DNA of 63,518 nucleotides, filler included, from Choristocarpus tenellus KU-1152 (Eukaryota; Protista; Phaeophyceae), in assembly GCA_964200185.2 (NCBI GenBank). It is 10 parts of 10 records of this genome, joined end to end, with 100 filler letters (N's around TTAATTAATTAA, not from the genome) between each part and the next. Parts side by side here need not be neighbours in the genome. Positions count along the whole stretch, not along the records: positions 8,171 to 13,535 come from CAXNAD020011027.1; positions 13,636 to 16,784 come from CAXNAD020021967.1; positions 16,885 to 20,815 come from CAXNAD020017083.1; positions 20,916 to 28,871 come from CAXNAD020005343.1; 6 more parts are not named here. The stretch is one strand, 5' to 3'. The position numbers were made by a program, and so were the translations under genes. The notes under the pieces were generated by a model. It worked only from the letters and a program-made list of their open reading frames with translations. It was not told the origin of the DNA and did not search any database. Shown one piece after another: positions 12,001 to 25,842 of the stretch (positions are counted from its first letter, which is position 1; each line of letters begins with the position of its first letter).

Positions 12001-13048
12001 ACTGGGAAATCCATGTGTTCTGGATAGAGAAGTATGCATAGAAGCAAACCTTGGTTCATATTTAATTTTTTGTCTATGTCTGATCATTTATTTTTTTGTC
12101 TATGTCTGATCATTTATTTTTTTGTCTATGTCTGATCATTTATTTTTTATATTATACGCATCCTACATATCCACATCCTGCATGTATTGGCTTGCTGTCA
12201 CTCCACTTTCAAACAAGTCCTTGTGTGATACTTAAAATGATACATAAAAATTCCATGTCGATCCTATTGTGTTTTGCTATGAAGGAAATTATCATTTCAG
12301 TTTCCCACTGATTTCGTCAATGAATGCGTTTTATATGTTGATGTCATCGATTGTCATTGATTGTAGGATATGTCACTTTGTCTTATTCTCAGTGATCTCA
12401 TAACAGTGCAGTACTGTTTTCATTGGCCGTGTTTGCTTTCTGTTTCCCCCACTGTGATGGGCATTGATAATGGATGCTTTAAATTTTACCCACGATTTGT
12501 GTTGGTGGGTCTTAACTCTAGAATGCCTAAATCTTGTATTTCTTCTATTTATTTTTTTGTATTTAGTTGTTTGATTTATTTTGTTCTATTATTTTGTTCT
12601 ATGTGTGACAAGAACAAAATATGTGGATGACGTTGGTGAAGGGGGTGTAAAGCATGTTTATGAATACTTGAGTATTCAACTCTGGAGTGTAGGCAATTTT
12701 TCCTTTAGGATGGTAATTGAATGATTGCTGTGCATTGCCCTATGATAAGTTAATGCAATAAATACCCTACCATAGCGAAATACTTCCTCCTTGGCAGTCA
12801 GACACGCAAGGATGGTCCACAGCAAATGAGCACCTGATTGTCAGACATGGTGCATGTGTTCTTGCATGTCTTAGGTCCAGTTATCGTTCCTGATCTGCCG
12901 AACTGTACATTTTGTCATGACCTGTGCCCCCTATCTGTAGGATATGCTCCCATACAATGACTACTTTGAGTATTATGGACCAGACTATCGCCTACACATG
13001 CCCACCTCCAACATGGAGAACATGAATACAACAGAGAACCTGGAGAAG
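9005..13048 (+). CDS. HDAC1: Class I histone deacetylase (RPD3/HDAC1-2 family), 3'-truncated by contig end
   Basis: Exons 9005-9065, 9262-9467, 9972-10148, 10700-10819, 11091-11181, 11345-11442, 11673-11906, 12941-13048, all GT-AG and in phase. Motifs: [83 protein letters not shown]. Confidence 0.97.
12064..12148. repeat. Intronic tandem repeat, ~3 x 24-25 bp (TTTTTTTGTCTATGTCTGATCATTTA)
   Basis: Directly visible. Confidence 0.9.
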
Positions 13049-13468
13049 GTACGGTGTTGTAGGAATGCTATAAAAAAAAGATGTGACGTCATCTTTTTTT
13101 TGTGTGACGCACCCTTTCAGTCAGTAGGAGAGTGTTGCCAAAGGTCATAGCATATTTTGGAAAGCCCATCATTCCTTCCGACAAGAAATAGGGTGTATTT
13201 TAAGTATTGGGGACAGCAATTTGCAGTTGTTCCAAACAATATATTTCACTCTAGAAGGAAATGGGGAGGACTAAAACCCTTCCTCTGTCAAATTGCCCCA
13301 CCAATTTCTCACCGTGTATATCCGATGCGCTTGGAGATTTTTGTGTTTTTGTACAACCAACGTACGTATCCCTTACTACATATCCCTTACTATGTATCCG
13401 TTACTCAAAACTGTTTTTTTTTTCTTTCTTTGGCATCTCATGTTTCAGCTTCACTTGGCCATCAGAGC

Positions 13469-13535
13469 CAAAGTATCTTAGAGGGTAGAGCCGCGTCCAT
13501 TTGGGGGCAAAATCCAATGTTGCGATTTTGATTTA
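13469..13535 (+). repeat. Dispersed repeat shared with ~29317-29405 (AAGTATCTTAGAGGGTAGAGCCGCGTCCATTTGGGG...)
   Basis: Near-identical ~60 bp in introns of two unrelated contigs; probably part of a larger transposon. Confidence 0.7.
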
Positions 13536-13635
13536 NNNNNNNNNNNNNNNNNNNNNNNNNNNNNNNNNNNNNNNNNNNNTTAATTAATTAANNNNNNNNN
13601 NNNNNNNNNNNNNNNNNNNNNNNNNNNNNNNNNNN

Positions 13636-16032
13636 GTGGGTACTGAGGCATGGGGTAACAGTGGCGAGGCTTGGGGGGAGCAGGGACAGGGGCGGGGGGT
13701 TGCTACAGGGAAGGGCCTGGGGCCTGGGCAAGGGCTTGGACGCGGAATGGGATCGGGACTAGGAAAAAGTCTGCGTGAGGTTGAATTGGAGAAGCAGGTA
13801 GAGGCTGAGGTGGAGGTAGAGGAGAAGGCCAAGGGGAAAGGACAGGGGAAGGGGCAGTCAAGGCGCAGTGTACAGAACCAGGTGTGTGTCGCCTGTTGCT
13901 GCATCTCCTTTTCTGGAGGGAGGTCGTTCACGGCATATTTTATGACATTTTTGGTTGGAATTTGATGACGGTGTGTTGCGTCATTTTGGTGTGGTGTTTG
14001 TTTGTTATATTAATAATAATAATAATATATATATATATATATATTATTATTGATTGAGTGACTTTTGGTTCGTGGTGCTGCAGGGTTGTGATGACTTGTT
14101 TATGTACACATACATGGTGCTTGCTGTGTTGATGTAGGGAACCAGTCTGATTGTGAGAGTTACTTGAGTGCTTGGTATTAATGTGTCCATTGTTATGATT
14201 GAGAGTTAAGATAGACCGTTGTGAGGTCCATTTTTGTGACACAGAATTCACTCCTCGATAGGTACTATATTTTCATTGGCAGACGCACAGCTGCAAGTAT
14301 ATATAGGCCAAGGATGGTCATATATATATATATATATATGTATTTTGATTTATTTCTATATGCTCCATTGAGCTATCCGGATGCCTTCCACCTGACACCT
14401 GGCCCTTGTGGACAATGAAGTTTTTATTTTATTTTTACTATTATTTTTGCTCACAAGATGTTCTGTCCTTCCTGATGATTGCGTTTCCTTTCTCATTCCC
14501 ATTCCATTAAAAAAAAGAGGTGACCGTTACATAAGTATGTTTCATGGGTAGGTTTTTCTGAGATGTTTCCTCAGGCAGCGAAAAGGCAGACTCAAAATTT
14601 TGGTTTTTATAGAGTAGAAAGGCGCTACACTGACAGTTATTGTGAACAGTGCTTTTGGAGGTTACACAATCAGGTTCTGCTCCTGTACCATGAAGATTTC
14701 TTCCTCACCTGGTCATTGAACTGTTTCACAGTAGTGTGGACCATGCCTTTCTTTAGGATGTGTGGTACAGTCTTTGACAATAGTTGGCTTACCTATCTGC
14801 CCTGAAATCATCGTGCAATTCAGATTATGTCTGAATGTTTATATATATATTTGTGAAGACTGAGACTCAGAAAAAGAAATTTATATTTGTTCTTGTTGCT
14901 CTAACCCTACCTAGGAAGTACTAAACTACTGCAGAGAGTTTGCCTGACACGATGGATTTGAGAAAGCATGGGTTATACAATACACCTTGTAAACCACGCC
15001 GCCGAGATGAGTATGGCTTCCATGATTTGTGGGTGGTGCCTGAGCTTCTTATATACTAACAAGTTTTTGATAGAACTGAATGATATTGTTAAAGAACCCT
15101 CTTTAGAGTACCAGTGCTGACCCTGACCCCCAAGACCATTGATGTGTGGCACTAAGTATTAGTGTATTAGTCCATAGCCCTGAAACCCTTTCACTGTTTA
15201 TGTGTATGTGTGATGTACTCATTGCGATAACGCTATCGATATCCCTAATCCTAACCCCAACAACAATCTCCATCTCATACTCATATACCTACCTGACTTG
15301 CCCGGGTGGCCCTGGTTCACCTCCATACATCACACCCAGATCTAGCTAAGAGGAATCCACACACATACAACTTCTCTTGCCACTCTGAGCTACCAATATA
15401 CCATTGTACCATATTTGTGTCACTCATGTCATCCCTCCTTCCGAGATGTACTACCCCACCTGTCGCAGCAGTACCTTTGCTTGTCTCACCCGGCTCAAAT
15501 ACATCTGATAGGAGCTTGATACAATACAGTAGAGTACCCCCCCCCCCCTGTGTTACTACAGTAACAACTGATACTAGTAATATTATAGTGCATCAAGGTG
15601 CTCTGGTGCATTAGAGTTCGTTTAAGTACACTTCAGAGTCCTTTCAACCTCTGGTACTTGACTTACAGTACCAATACCCCTAACCCTAACCCTGATCCCA
15701 TACACCTTTTGACGCCTGCCCAGGTGGGCCTTGTCTACCTGACCAGTCCCAGCCCCTCTGATGGTGAAGGGGGAGTAGTACAAGGGGACCAGAAGGTACG
15801 TCCCAGTGCTCACCTCACTGTGCGCTGGGAACTCCCAGCTAGGGTGGTTTGTTACAATGGTACTGGCCAGGATCAAAACCACAAGCAGCAGAAGCTGGTA
15901 GTGGGTCTGTTTCGTCTGGGTGTGAGCTCTAACACAGCTGGCATGATCTCCAAGCGAATCTTGGAGAGGGTGCCTCCGGCTTCGGGAAGTGATTCGCTGG
16001 CGGGAAATGTGGCCTTCTATGCTCCCAAGTCG
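13636..16032 (+). CDS. Internal exons of an uncharacterised gene: Gly/Glu/Lys-rich exon plus a beta-sandwich (SKICH-like) exon
   Basis: Exon 13636-13881 ends CAG|GTGTGT. Exon 15724-16032 (CAG|...|GTGAGG) encodes LTVRWELP...VVGLFRLGVSSN...GNVAFYAPKS, reminiscent of SKICH-type domains. The domain call is pattern-based only. Confidence 0.5.
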
Positions 16033-16422
16033 GTGAGGACCCTGACCCCAAAGCCTTGAGGCACTACTGTGGTAGTACACGTGTTGTGCTTTAGAGGCTG
16101 TGTGTGTGCGTGCATGTATGCGTGCGCGCGCTGATGTGTGTGTGTTTTGTGTGAAAATAGTGAGGGTGTTGTAAGATTTTGAGGAAAGTGAGTGGTTGTT
16201 TTTTTGTTTTTTGTTGTAACTGTGTAGGGGAAGGAGGTATCGGCTTGATCCAACTGCTGGGCTTTTGTTGATTGGACAGAGGTGAGGGATGTCCTTGTGC
16301 TACCAATAGTGACCAGAGTAATAGCGACCAGAGTGGGAATTGTGCTGAGAAGTGCTTTGTATGGGTGACTGGAGTGAACTTCGAAAGGATTTCTCACGGG
16401 GGAGACTGGGTTAAGGTTGAGG

Positions 16423-16460
16423 TAGGGTTAGGGTTAGGGTTAGGGTTAGGGTTAGGGTTA
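16423..16460. repeat. Interstitial (TTAGGG)n telomere-type repeat; shorter tracts near 15678, 30485, 32090, 32198, 39532, 40085, 43560, 61252, 61455, 63324
   Basis: Directly visible TTAGGG/CCCTAA units, mostly intronic, in both orientations. Confidence 0.9.
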
Positions 16461-16974
16461 ATACTCTAATATTTTATTCAGTAGCACGTATGTGTTAGGG
16501 TTAGGGAGGGATAATATTTTGTCCTGGGGTGATTTTTTTGCGTTGTGTATTCTGGGGTTAGGGTTAGGGCCTTTTTTCTTGGGCTGATTCATTGTAATGC
16601 ATAGCCTGTTCCTATTGGTGCATTTGATGTGACTTGTGGAGGGGTTAGGGTTAGAGAATAGAGCAAAGTATGCTCACTACTTTGAAATGGTTCTCAAATA
16701 TGAGGGGGGGGGGGGGGCACTATTGGTGTGTCATTTTTTTATTTTAAAGAAAAAGGGTTTGGGTGGGAGGGCTTTTTTTAACCTNNNNNNNNNNNNNNNN
16801 NNNNNNNNNNNNNNNNNNNNNNNNNNNNTTAATTAATTAANNNNNNNNNNNNNNNNNNNNNNNNNNNNNNNNNNNNNNNNNNNNCTTGGCCTTTCTGCTC
16901 CGTCCCCTGGCTCTTCTGGCCCCCCCTTCCCCCCCCTTTCCTCTTTCTTGTGCTGCATCTGCTGGCACGATCAG

Positions 16975-17286
16975 GTGCTTGACTATGCAAGAAAACACGG
17001 CTGCCCCTGGGACGAAAATACATGTGAATGTGCCATTCAGGGAGGCCGGCTGGAGGTCCTGATGTATGCTAGAGCTAATGGTTGTCCATGGGGCCTCTAC
17101 AGTCAGGTGGGGGTAGAGGGCGGTGTGGATGATTTTATATGTCCATGCGCCCTTGCTCTTCAGGAAGGGTACAGGAGTGTTTCGCAGTGGGCCAGGTCAA
17201 ACGGGTGTCCTTGTGGTCAGGGGGGGGATGGTTATGATGTGGATGTAATGTCTGCTGGAGAGGGGGACAATGTGATTGCTGATTAA
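16975..17286 (+). CDS. Last exon of an ankyrin-like repeat protein (GCPW-type repeats)
   Basis: A polypyrimidine tract and CAG acceptor precede VLDYARKHGCPWDENTCECAIQGGRLEVLMYARANGCPW...WARSNGCP, which ends at TAA 17284-17286. Confidence 0.85.
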   Translation: MLDYARKHGCPWDENTCECAIQGGRLEVLMYARANGCPWGLYSQVGVEGGVDDFICPCALALQEGYRSVSQWARSNGCPCGQGGDGYDVDVMSAGEGDNVIAD

Positions 17287-20200
17287 GTCAGACAATCAAC
17301 AGTGGGGATGGCAATGTTACTATGCTGAGGAGATTTGTTGTTTGTGGATAGGGTAAAGAGAAGGAAGGAATGTGTCTGGACTAGGTTGTGTTCTTTTAGC
17401 TGTGAAACAGCTGGTGAATGTGGGATCCCGTCAAGGTCAAGAAGATATCACCTGCATAGCTGATGATAAGATATTGCAACAGTTGTGTGTACTGTACTAC
17501 CTACCTGTTGATGTAAAGGTTTCCTACTCTTGTGTTGAATGAGGAGGAAACAAGCAGTGTGCTCTGACATCAAGGTGATTTCAAGGTTCTCTTGTGTCTC
17601 TCATGCTTGTAAAGGGGCTGATAAGACCTGGCTATCATTCCTAGGCCGGGAGGAACTTTGAATGTGTGTAATGGAAAGGACTGGTTGCCACTGTTTGAAT
17701 ACTGTGTTGTGCCTTTCACATGTACTCAGTTTTTGTGCAATATGTTGTGTAGGCAACACAGTGTGGTGCCCTGGTACATGCAAGTGTGATACTAAGAGTG
17801 AATGGATGGATGCATGGATGAAGCGATAGATAGACTGCTTTTGCTTGAACATTTCTTTGTAATTTTCTTCGAAGAAAATATAGAAATAGGGGGGGGAAAT
17901 GTGAAAAATCCTCAGCATTATCTCTTCTTGGTTGGTTGTCCCTAATCCTGATTTCCAAGTGTTTCTGAAGTCACTTTAGTGGTCGTTTTCTTGTTCTGCT
18001 TCTTGCCTAGCTGTAGTATATTGACAACTCAGGACTGGACGATCTACTTGGATTGATGATTGCTTGGTGTAAATGTAATTTGATTGTGATGGCAGGGGAA
18101 GTTGTGTAGTGCAGATGCAACAATACCTTTGTATTTGCTTAATTGAAGGGTAGAAATTATGGGATGCCCTGTTGGTGTAAGTACATTAGAGTTTGTGTCA
18201 TATCCTCTGCAAGTGTATCGTTTGTCATTTCTACTCTTTATCTTGACTGTGGGCATGGCTCTTGAATTGCATTTGGAACAACATGTGAGTTCTCTTGGGA
18301 ATGATGTAGTGCGAGTTGTCCCATTTTTTGTTAGTTATTTTTTTTCTGTTTCAGAAGGAGAGAACCCTTCTGGATTGTTCTGATCATGTATGAAGTGAGG
18401 AACATCAAAGCATCCACCTAGCGTCTGATAAGGGCATGAGTTCAAGAGTGATCAGGATGTTGGGTACTGTTTGTGGCACATAGATCCCGTTGGCTAAATG
18501 TTTTTTCATTGTTACAAAATTATCTTTTCCATATTGACTGTGTACTGTGCCTCCTGATTCTTGGTAGAGCAATCACCTATCAGGTTAATTAAACCAGTGA
18601 TATTTTGTTGAGAGAGACTTATTTGATTGATGGGGAGCTAAGATTATTTGACATAGTGAAAGGGGGTTATGGTGGGAGTGCTTCCTTTAGGGAATTGTGA
18701 AAAATACATGTATGCTGTGTCAGGTTTTTTGTACAATGTTGTCCTCTCCAAGGTACTCCACTTGTCGATCTGTCAATGTTGTGCTTCACTTGAGTAACAA
18801 CCCCTATCTACAACCTTCACTACCATAGTTTTTTTCATAAGAGGCAATATTATCAGTTTTTATACTGAACTGGGTTCTCTTTTTTGCTGAAAAGCCAAAA
18901 ACATATTTGTCAACAGTTTCAACCTCCTATCCTATCATACAAATGACAAGGGTGGACTAATGTCTTTTTGGGATTGCCATATTCCATGGGGACTGGTTAT
19001 GCTTTTGTAGGACTGACTTTAATTGCAATATGCATTGAGTGGCATATTCCAGTATAAAATCTTCAAAATATTGCATAATTTATTGTGTTGGTTTATGCTC
19101 GTCTCAGTCATTTGACCAGGTTCAAATGGAACAGGTTGAACTACCACAATGTAGTGCTGCAGGTTCTCTCCCCATCTTTTTTGTTCCATGCAGTACTTTT
19201 TTTTGTGTTACGATATCTTCGGCTATTTGTATTGGTTCGCAAAGGTCCTAGCAAACATTGGAATGTTACGGTCTGAGGAGAAAGAGCTTCAATCTGTCCG
19301 TAGTGTTCCGGTTGGATAAATCAAAATAAAATAAAAAAGCTCTCACTGCATTTTTCGAAGATATTTTTGAGAAAGAATCTTGTCCTTAGGGCAGTGTACA
19401 TCAAGGCAACTATCCCCATACAACCCTGCTGTCCATCACAGACCTGGAACTGTGAAAGAGCATTTCCCACTGGGGCCATGGTGTTTGGAGGATATCCAGG
19501 GTATGTTAACCCAAATTATCAGGAGTATAGAAGAATAGGGATGCAAGATATTTGTACAGTTTCAAGGATGATTAAGGCAGCGTTTGCCAGGAGTCAAGTG
19601 TGTCCTAAGAACAAACACCATTTAAGATGCAGAAAAGGAACATCTTTGCATCACTGGTAGCAATATCATATGACATTCCAATGAAGACTGAAATGGCGCC
19701 AGCCTGCAGGAGGCGATTCAACCTCTATAATGGGTCCCCACTCCACTTCCAACGTATGTGTAGTAGGCAATTACAGTTCAATTCAGAGCAATAGCATGAC
19801 TGGTGTGAAATATATCACAAGACAGAAATTTGATTGTTGTCCCTTTCAAGCATACTATATCACAGTCATGCATTGGTGTTCAAAAGTCGAAAGCACAATA
19901 TTTTCCAGTGAGGTATACAAGTTTTTCTAGTTCATGAGTAACTTCTCCAGAAGTATAGAAGCTTGACAAAGGTGACTAAAACAGACCAAAAAAATTACTC
20001 AAGTTCGAGGGGGTTCTGGTAGTGAAACTGAATCCTCAGTTTGTGCACAGGTCTCCTTGTAACCAAGCTTCTGATAATGATGCAGGGAATCTTAGTATCA
20101 AAGTATACTCAGGAGCTCCTTGTTGACTAAATATGATTTTTAAAACCTTACCAAATGAAGTTGTTACTAATATTACAAACAAAAAACACATATCAAAATA

Positions 20201-21559
20201 AATTTTTAAGTACAATTGTCCCAAATGTTGTAACCCTGGGTGCACATCATAAATTACTCTTTTTTCTTCTCAAAATTGAGCTCTTTTTCCCAAATTTACA
20301 ACTAAATTCATTGAACTTTCAATACACTTTCCTCATTTCTCAACATGCATCCATTCAGAAAACACAACGAACAGGTCACCACCTAGGTACCATGCTTAAA
20401 AACTGGACATGTTAAATAAGGCAGCATCAATACTGGCTCTCCAAGTAATTGTAAGTAAAATAGTGAGACCAATTGCTGTTCAAAAATATTGCAGTATCAC
20501 CTGTCTCTCCATTCACTATCCTGTATTGCATTACAAAAAATGTTCTGGTTCCTACTTAGGATTTCAGAGTCCATTATCCACCTACTGCAACATTCCATAC
20601 ACGGGATCCAGTATGCAGTCATCCACATGAACAATACTGGACATCATTTCCGCCTCAAAACACTGGATTGTCTCCAGGTAGATGTTAAAACATATGCTAC
20701 TCATTTGTCTTCCTTGATACGATACAGTCAGCACCACCAGTCAATAACAGAGGATTTTCAAAATTGAGGATGGAGCGGGGCTATGAGGATGGTTCTGCGA
20801 AAACGGTATTTAAAANNNNNNNNNNNNNNNNNNNNNNNNNNNNNNNNNNNNNNNNNNNNTTAATTAATTAANNNNNNNNNNNNNNNNNNNNNNNNNNNNN
20901 NNNNNNNNNNNNNNNGTGTGCCGCACTGCAAGTGCAACGCTGGTATTCAGGGACACTTATGCACCCTTCCTACACGGGGGGGTCGACGGGGGGGTTGCCA
21001 TGTCGACGTTCTGACTCTCAACGTGCCCAGCTCTGGCCTCAAAATCATCCCAAAAGATCTCTACTTTGACTGCTTGAAGCACCTCGAGTTTGTACCAGAT
21101 GATTCTCGGCCCCCACCTTTTCTGAAAGCTGAGAATGTCAACCCGATTTTATTCTGTGAGGTTATCGTCCGATTCGGCATTTTTCTCACTCGGTGAGCCC
21201 AGATGTTTCACGGCACAAACGTATGGCACAGAGGTAGTACATGTTAACATTTCTATCCTATTTTCATTATAATATAAATCTCAACAATAAATACAAATAC
21301 GTCGTTGTGTGTTTAGTGTTTGGAAGGCTGAGGTAATTTGTGTCTTAAGATGTATGATGAAACTACACAGTACTGTATTATGACTCATCGTCAAGGGTCA
21401 AATAAAAATTGGTGTGAATTTTTTTTTTAATCCACGCACATATGCGTCCTTGTGTTACATACTCTTCATGATTTGGAACCAAAAAAGTCCAGAGATGATT
21501 TGAGATAATTTTTTTTATTATGCACATATTCTGGAGTATAGACTGATACAACATGCCAA

Positions 21560-21852
21560 GGACCTGGTCCAGGCATGCCAGAAAAAATGTCAGACTGGCC
21601 GGCGGCCATGGTCCGGAAATGGAATAAAAAGTTAGACTGGCAAGCCGGCGGACACTGTCCGTTACAATGATCAAGTGGACATGGTCTGGACATGTAAGAC
21701 AAAAGTTAGAGAATGCGTGACCCAGTCCAGTCAGCAGACATGTACCGATTCAACACCTAGTGCACATTGATTGGGACATGTCAAATGTTTATGAGACCAG
21801 ACCGGTCGGCGGACATGACCATTTTAGTTTGCAGGTCCAGTGAAAGACCCTG
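21560..21852. mobile_element. Second copy of the hAT-like non-autonomous element
   Basis: Colinear with ~1300-1564; ends CCAGTGAAAGACCCTG. A weaker related end lies at ~56860-56963. Confidence 0.6.
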
Positions 21853-21951
21853 CTCTTACCTCCACACACCCCAATCCACTACCACTACTGCGCTGCTATG
21901 TGTATAATAGATACTGCAAAGATATGTTTACCCATGGTGATAATCTCCACG

Positions 21952-22010
21952 TCATCATACTATTTGCCGTCTAACATTTTGCAAATATGTCAGGGAAAAC
22001 CCAAAGCTAC
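21952..22010 (-). mobile_element. 3' tail of CRE-like retrotransposon (diverged)
   Basis: Reverse complement reads GGGTTTTCCCTGACATATTTGCAAAATGTTAGACGGCAAATAGT. Confidence 0.65.
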
Positions 22011-22917
22011 ATTCCGACTTCATTTGTATCTGCTGTTACGATTATGACTATTTTCGATACTACTATTATATACTATTTCAATACTGCTGTTGCATCTGTA
22101 TGGATGTGTGTATATTTACAGTATTAGTTATTTTTTAGTATGCTGTCTCCCAAAAAATTGTAGTATTTTTTCACTGGAATTAAAGATATGAGGTCATACA
22201 TATGATGGTCACCTTGCTGCCAAGATATAACCTTAGGGGATCCATCTTCCAGAAGGCATACCTTTAATCCTGCTTGCTCATATGACTGCAGAATTGCTTC
22301 CTGATGACGTCAATATTGAGTTGTTGAGTGGAGTTTGCAAGCCCCCCATATTCTTTCCCTGTTTAACTCCTTCCCTGAGAGACCTTCTGAGGGTTGCTCA
22401 CCCTCCTGCTTTATCTCTCTCGTCTCCCTTCGTCCTTTGGGTCTTCCTGGTCCCCATCAGCCTCAAGAACCTGTCTGCCTGTTTCCAACTGTTTCACATA
22501 TAGAACCAAAAGATTCAAGTAATGTGGGTTATTCCTATCGTTTTCAAGAACCCACCTCCTCGGGCAAAATATCCTATTATTTTTCTGATTATTGACTTAT
22601 TGTTTTTGTTTTTCTTACACCCTGACACCTTGTGCAACCCCCCACAGCCCACACACATCGTCACATCAACCCAATCCACCTTCATCCGCCACTATATCGT
22701 CTTCCACTTTGATGGTAGTACTGTACCCTAGAACGTCGTTGACGTGTACCATCCTTTGTTATAATGCTCTACTACTAACACTACCACTGCCGTATTGATT
22801 GAATAGGGCACATCCAATACAGTCGGAGAAACAACACAGAAAAGTAAAAGATAAGAATGCACCAACAAGAAAACGAAACAAGAGGAGGATGACAAAACAA
22901 TACTCCATCTTCCATAT

Positions 22918-23165
22918 AACAGCCGATTTCAAAAATTGAGGATGGAGCTTTTCATTGAGGAAGGGCTTGACCCAAAATTGACAGGGATAAAGTGTCGATA
23001 TGTTTTATTTTTTTATTTTTTGTATTGTCATTTTAAAAAAAAACATATCGACACTTTATCTTTTTTTTGTATTTTTTGTATTGTCATTTAAAAAAAAAAC
23101 ACATCGACACTTTATCCCAGTCAATTTTGGGTCAAGCCCATCCTCAATTTTTGAAATCGGCTGTT
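22918..23165. mobile_element. MITE with long terminal inverted repeats AACAGCCGATTTCAAAAATTGAGGATGG
   Basis: The ends are perfect 28-bp reverse complements, with further internal inverted segments. Flanks are ATAT / TTAT. Same family as 47259-47401. Confidence 0.9.
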
Positions 23166-23414
23166 TTATATATAATATTTAGTTAGCACAATTACTACTA
23201 CACTATTTTAATAGTAAAGCATCTATGGTAATATTAAAATAGCAGTACAGTGTAACAATAATATCAATGATGTATAAATCATATCAACAGGTGTGAACGA
23301 GGCGAAGATTCGTTCAACATGGTAAACAAACCTACTCAATATGTACTATAGGCAGCAGTGTGCAAAACAAGGTTGTCTGTTATCACATCGTTACTACTGT
23401 ATGACAAAATAAAT

Positions 23415-23578
23415 AGCCTCCTAGCTCCTCCCCTCGGGCGCAGGAGTAGGTAGATTGGAAGCACAACAAGAAGGCAGGAGTACAATATTGATAGTGAAGT
23501 GACAAATAGATTAGTGTTTTCACATTTATGGTGTTTTATAGTATTCTTCACATTAATGTCAGAGGGCATACTAATACA
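23415..23578 (+). mobile_element. 3' UTR fragment of CRE-like retrotransposon
   Basis: CCTAGCTCCTC...GTAGGTAGATT...GTGAAGTGACAAATAGATTAGTGTTTTCACATTTATG...ATGTCAGAGGGCATACTAATA aligns with the 47627-47850 reverse complement, with an internal deletion. Confidence 0.75.
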
Positions 23579-23982
23579 TAGACGTGGATTGGTTGTGTGT
23601 TGCAATGTGCGTTGTAATGCGTGGTGGTCAGAGAGAGACAGAGAAACGTATCAATCACAAAATATTTCCTGGCGCAATCATTGATGGAAGAAAATGATAA
23701 TATATTAACATCCACCAAATAACAGTAATTTATGCTAATATATCGAAATACTCCGATCTACTCTAAACGAAGCTTTCTTTGGTGCAGGAGAAAAGAATGG
23801 TGTATCTCCCAATTAAATCCACAAGAAAATATCAACAATAATAGGACATTTAAGATACCACCTCCTCGGCAAAAACTCCTCGGCAAAAGCTCCTCGGGGA
23901 AGCCCATTCAGTCACAATACCCTATTAATACCCTATTAATTTTCTGAGTATTGATTATAATTAATATTGTTTAACTAGACAA

Positions 23983-25842
23983 ATGACTCGTCGTGCGACC
24001 CCCCACAACCCACAACCACCATCATCGGCCCAAACTGCATATTCATTCGCCACATATTCTCCCAGTAGTAACCTACGACCTCGTAAACGGTTTGTTCACG
24101 AGGTCGTACACTTCGAAGGAGTAGTAGACCGCAGGTATGCCGGACTATCCTCTATCGCATCATCCACCCTTCCATATCTTCTGTATTTTCTTCTGTCCTC
24201 GGTACTCCTTTTAGGTGTGCCAAACACACACCCGTGCATGCTCCCCTGCCGTCTTATTGTGACCTATCCGTTTCTGCCAACGGTCTTTTGTGATTATACT
24301 TATCTGAATTAGGGACATTACTGTAGCTGGGACTCGCGCTTTCTCGTTCAAGGCTCCTACCTACGCTACGGACAGGTCGCAGAAACACGATATTTCTTAT
24401 TTCCACTTCGAATATTCGAAACCCCTCCTCATGGCGCAGCTCCGATCAGTGCATGGTATCAGAGATTGGAGTCGTGTCAGTGAACGTTGTCGACGACAAA
24501 GACCGGCAGTCTCAAACATCAGTTTGGGGTATCATGTCCTTAAAGTGGGAGGTGAGACTTGATGATGAACTAGATACTACAGGAGATCACGTTGATGTAT
24601 CCCGTCAGATGTTCGTTGTTTCTTTATTCCGGTTGATCGACTCTTCTCATCTTTGCTCATCATGACATCGCACGAGTATCATGATTTGTTTCTTCCATTG
24701 ACACCATCTGTCCTATTGCTTCTTGCTTATCGACAACTAGTGACGACCCACCCACCAAATGAAACAAGTATGATATTCTGATTTTGTCGTTTCATTTTTG
24801 AGCAAACCAAATACTTACAAGTACTTCAATAAACATACAGCATCTTAGGTCCTATACACCTCTAGATAGAATGAACTACCCTCAGCTTTACATATATTTA
24901 ACCCCTCTTTCGCTGACATTGCGCATCCCTTATAATGATGGTGGTGGGTCTTTGGTCGAAATTGCTTCTTGGTCCCACACACCTGTTTCGTGTTAACGTC
25001 TATCCATTGCATATATGTAGAGTTGGTCTCAATTCTCAACAATGACCAGCCCACAAACTGGACCAACCCTCGCTTCTTTCCCATAATTAACTTTTTTGCT
25101 GACCTCTTCCTCTCCTGCAACCGAGAAAGAAATTAGCAGGAAGAGAGCAGGAGAGATAGGAGTTACCAGTGCCACTGAACCCAACCTCCCAGACCACAAC
25201 CCAAGGTTATGTCCGGTTATCACTCAAAATGAGAGAAGGAAATACCTCTACGTTTGCAGGGAGAGGGTCTTGAAGCAGCAGATATTTCAGTACACGGAGA
25301 CGGATCGAATTTACGATAAAACCTTTTGTTCAACAAGGCACCTTCATGAGTACGGCATTCAACGAGAGACCTTTCAAGGTTCCATTATACGAGACCCAAG
25401 TTACAGCGAGGAACAACTCGATCGTATTCTGAAAAACATCCTTGGGTTAGGAGCGTTACGGAAGCACTGCAAGATTATAGATGTAGCTGATCCATGGGCT
25501 TCCCGCGAGTCCCTTGGCTTGGTAGAGGAGTTCGTCGATGGTAATCCACCACTTCAAGCTTCTGAAGACAAGGATTGTAAGGATATCCCACGAAAAAAAT
25601 GGTGGGGCAACCGCTTGTGGATGGTGTTCAGCGCATCACTGAAAAGATTGACCCGTGCAGTCCTCGGATCCAGGGGCTCAGCTGGCTCTTTTCTGACCAA
25701 GGAGGGGCAGGAGCCCTTGGTCTTTGCTTCTGTCCTGAATGGTGCACTTGCGTCAACGAGGTCCTTTCTGGGGAAGGTGCTTCGAGGGGCTGCAGCCTTA
25801 TGGCATCAGCTTTTTTCCCGGTGTTGTAGATGCAGGCCATAA
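23983..25842 (+). CDS. Uncharacterised lineage-specific multi-exon gene
   Basis: ATG at 23983. Exon 1 ends AG|GTATGC (~24134) and joins in phase to an ~80-codon open exon from ~24313 (RDITVAGTRAFSFKAPTY...YHVLKVG). A long terminal open frame runs ~25139-25842. The middle exons are uncertain and no domain is recognised. Confidence 0.55.

Noticed and set aside
4152-13048. Aureochrome next to HDAC as a light-chromatin gene cluster
   Set aside because: They lie on different contigs separated by a spacer, so the adjacency is an artefact.
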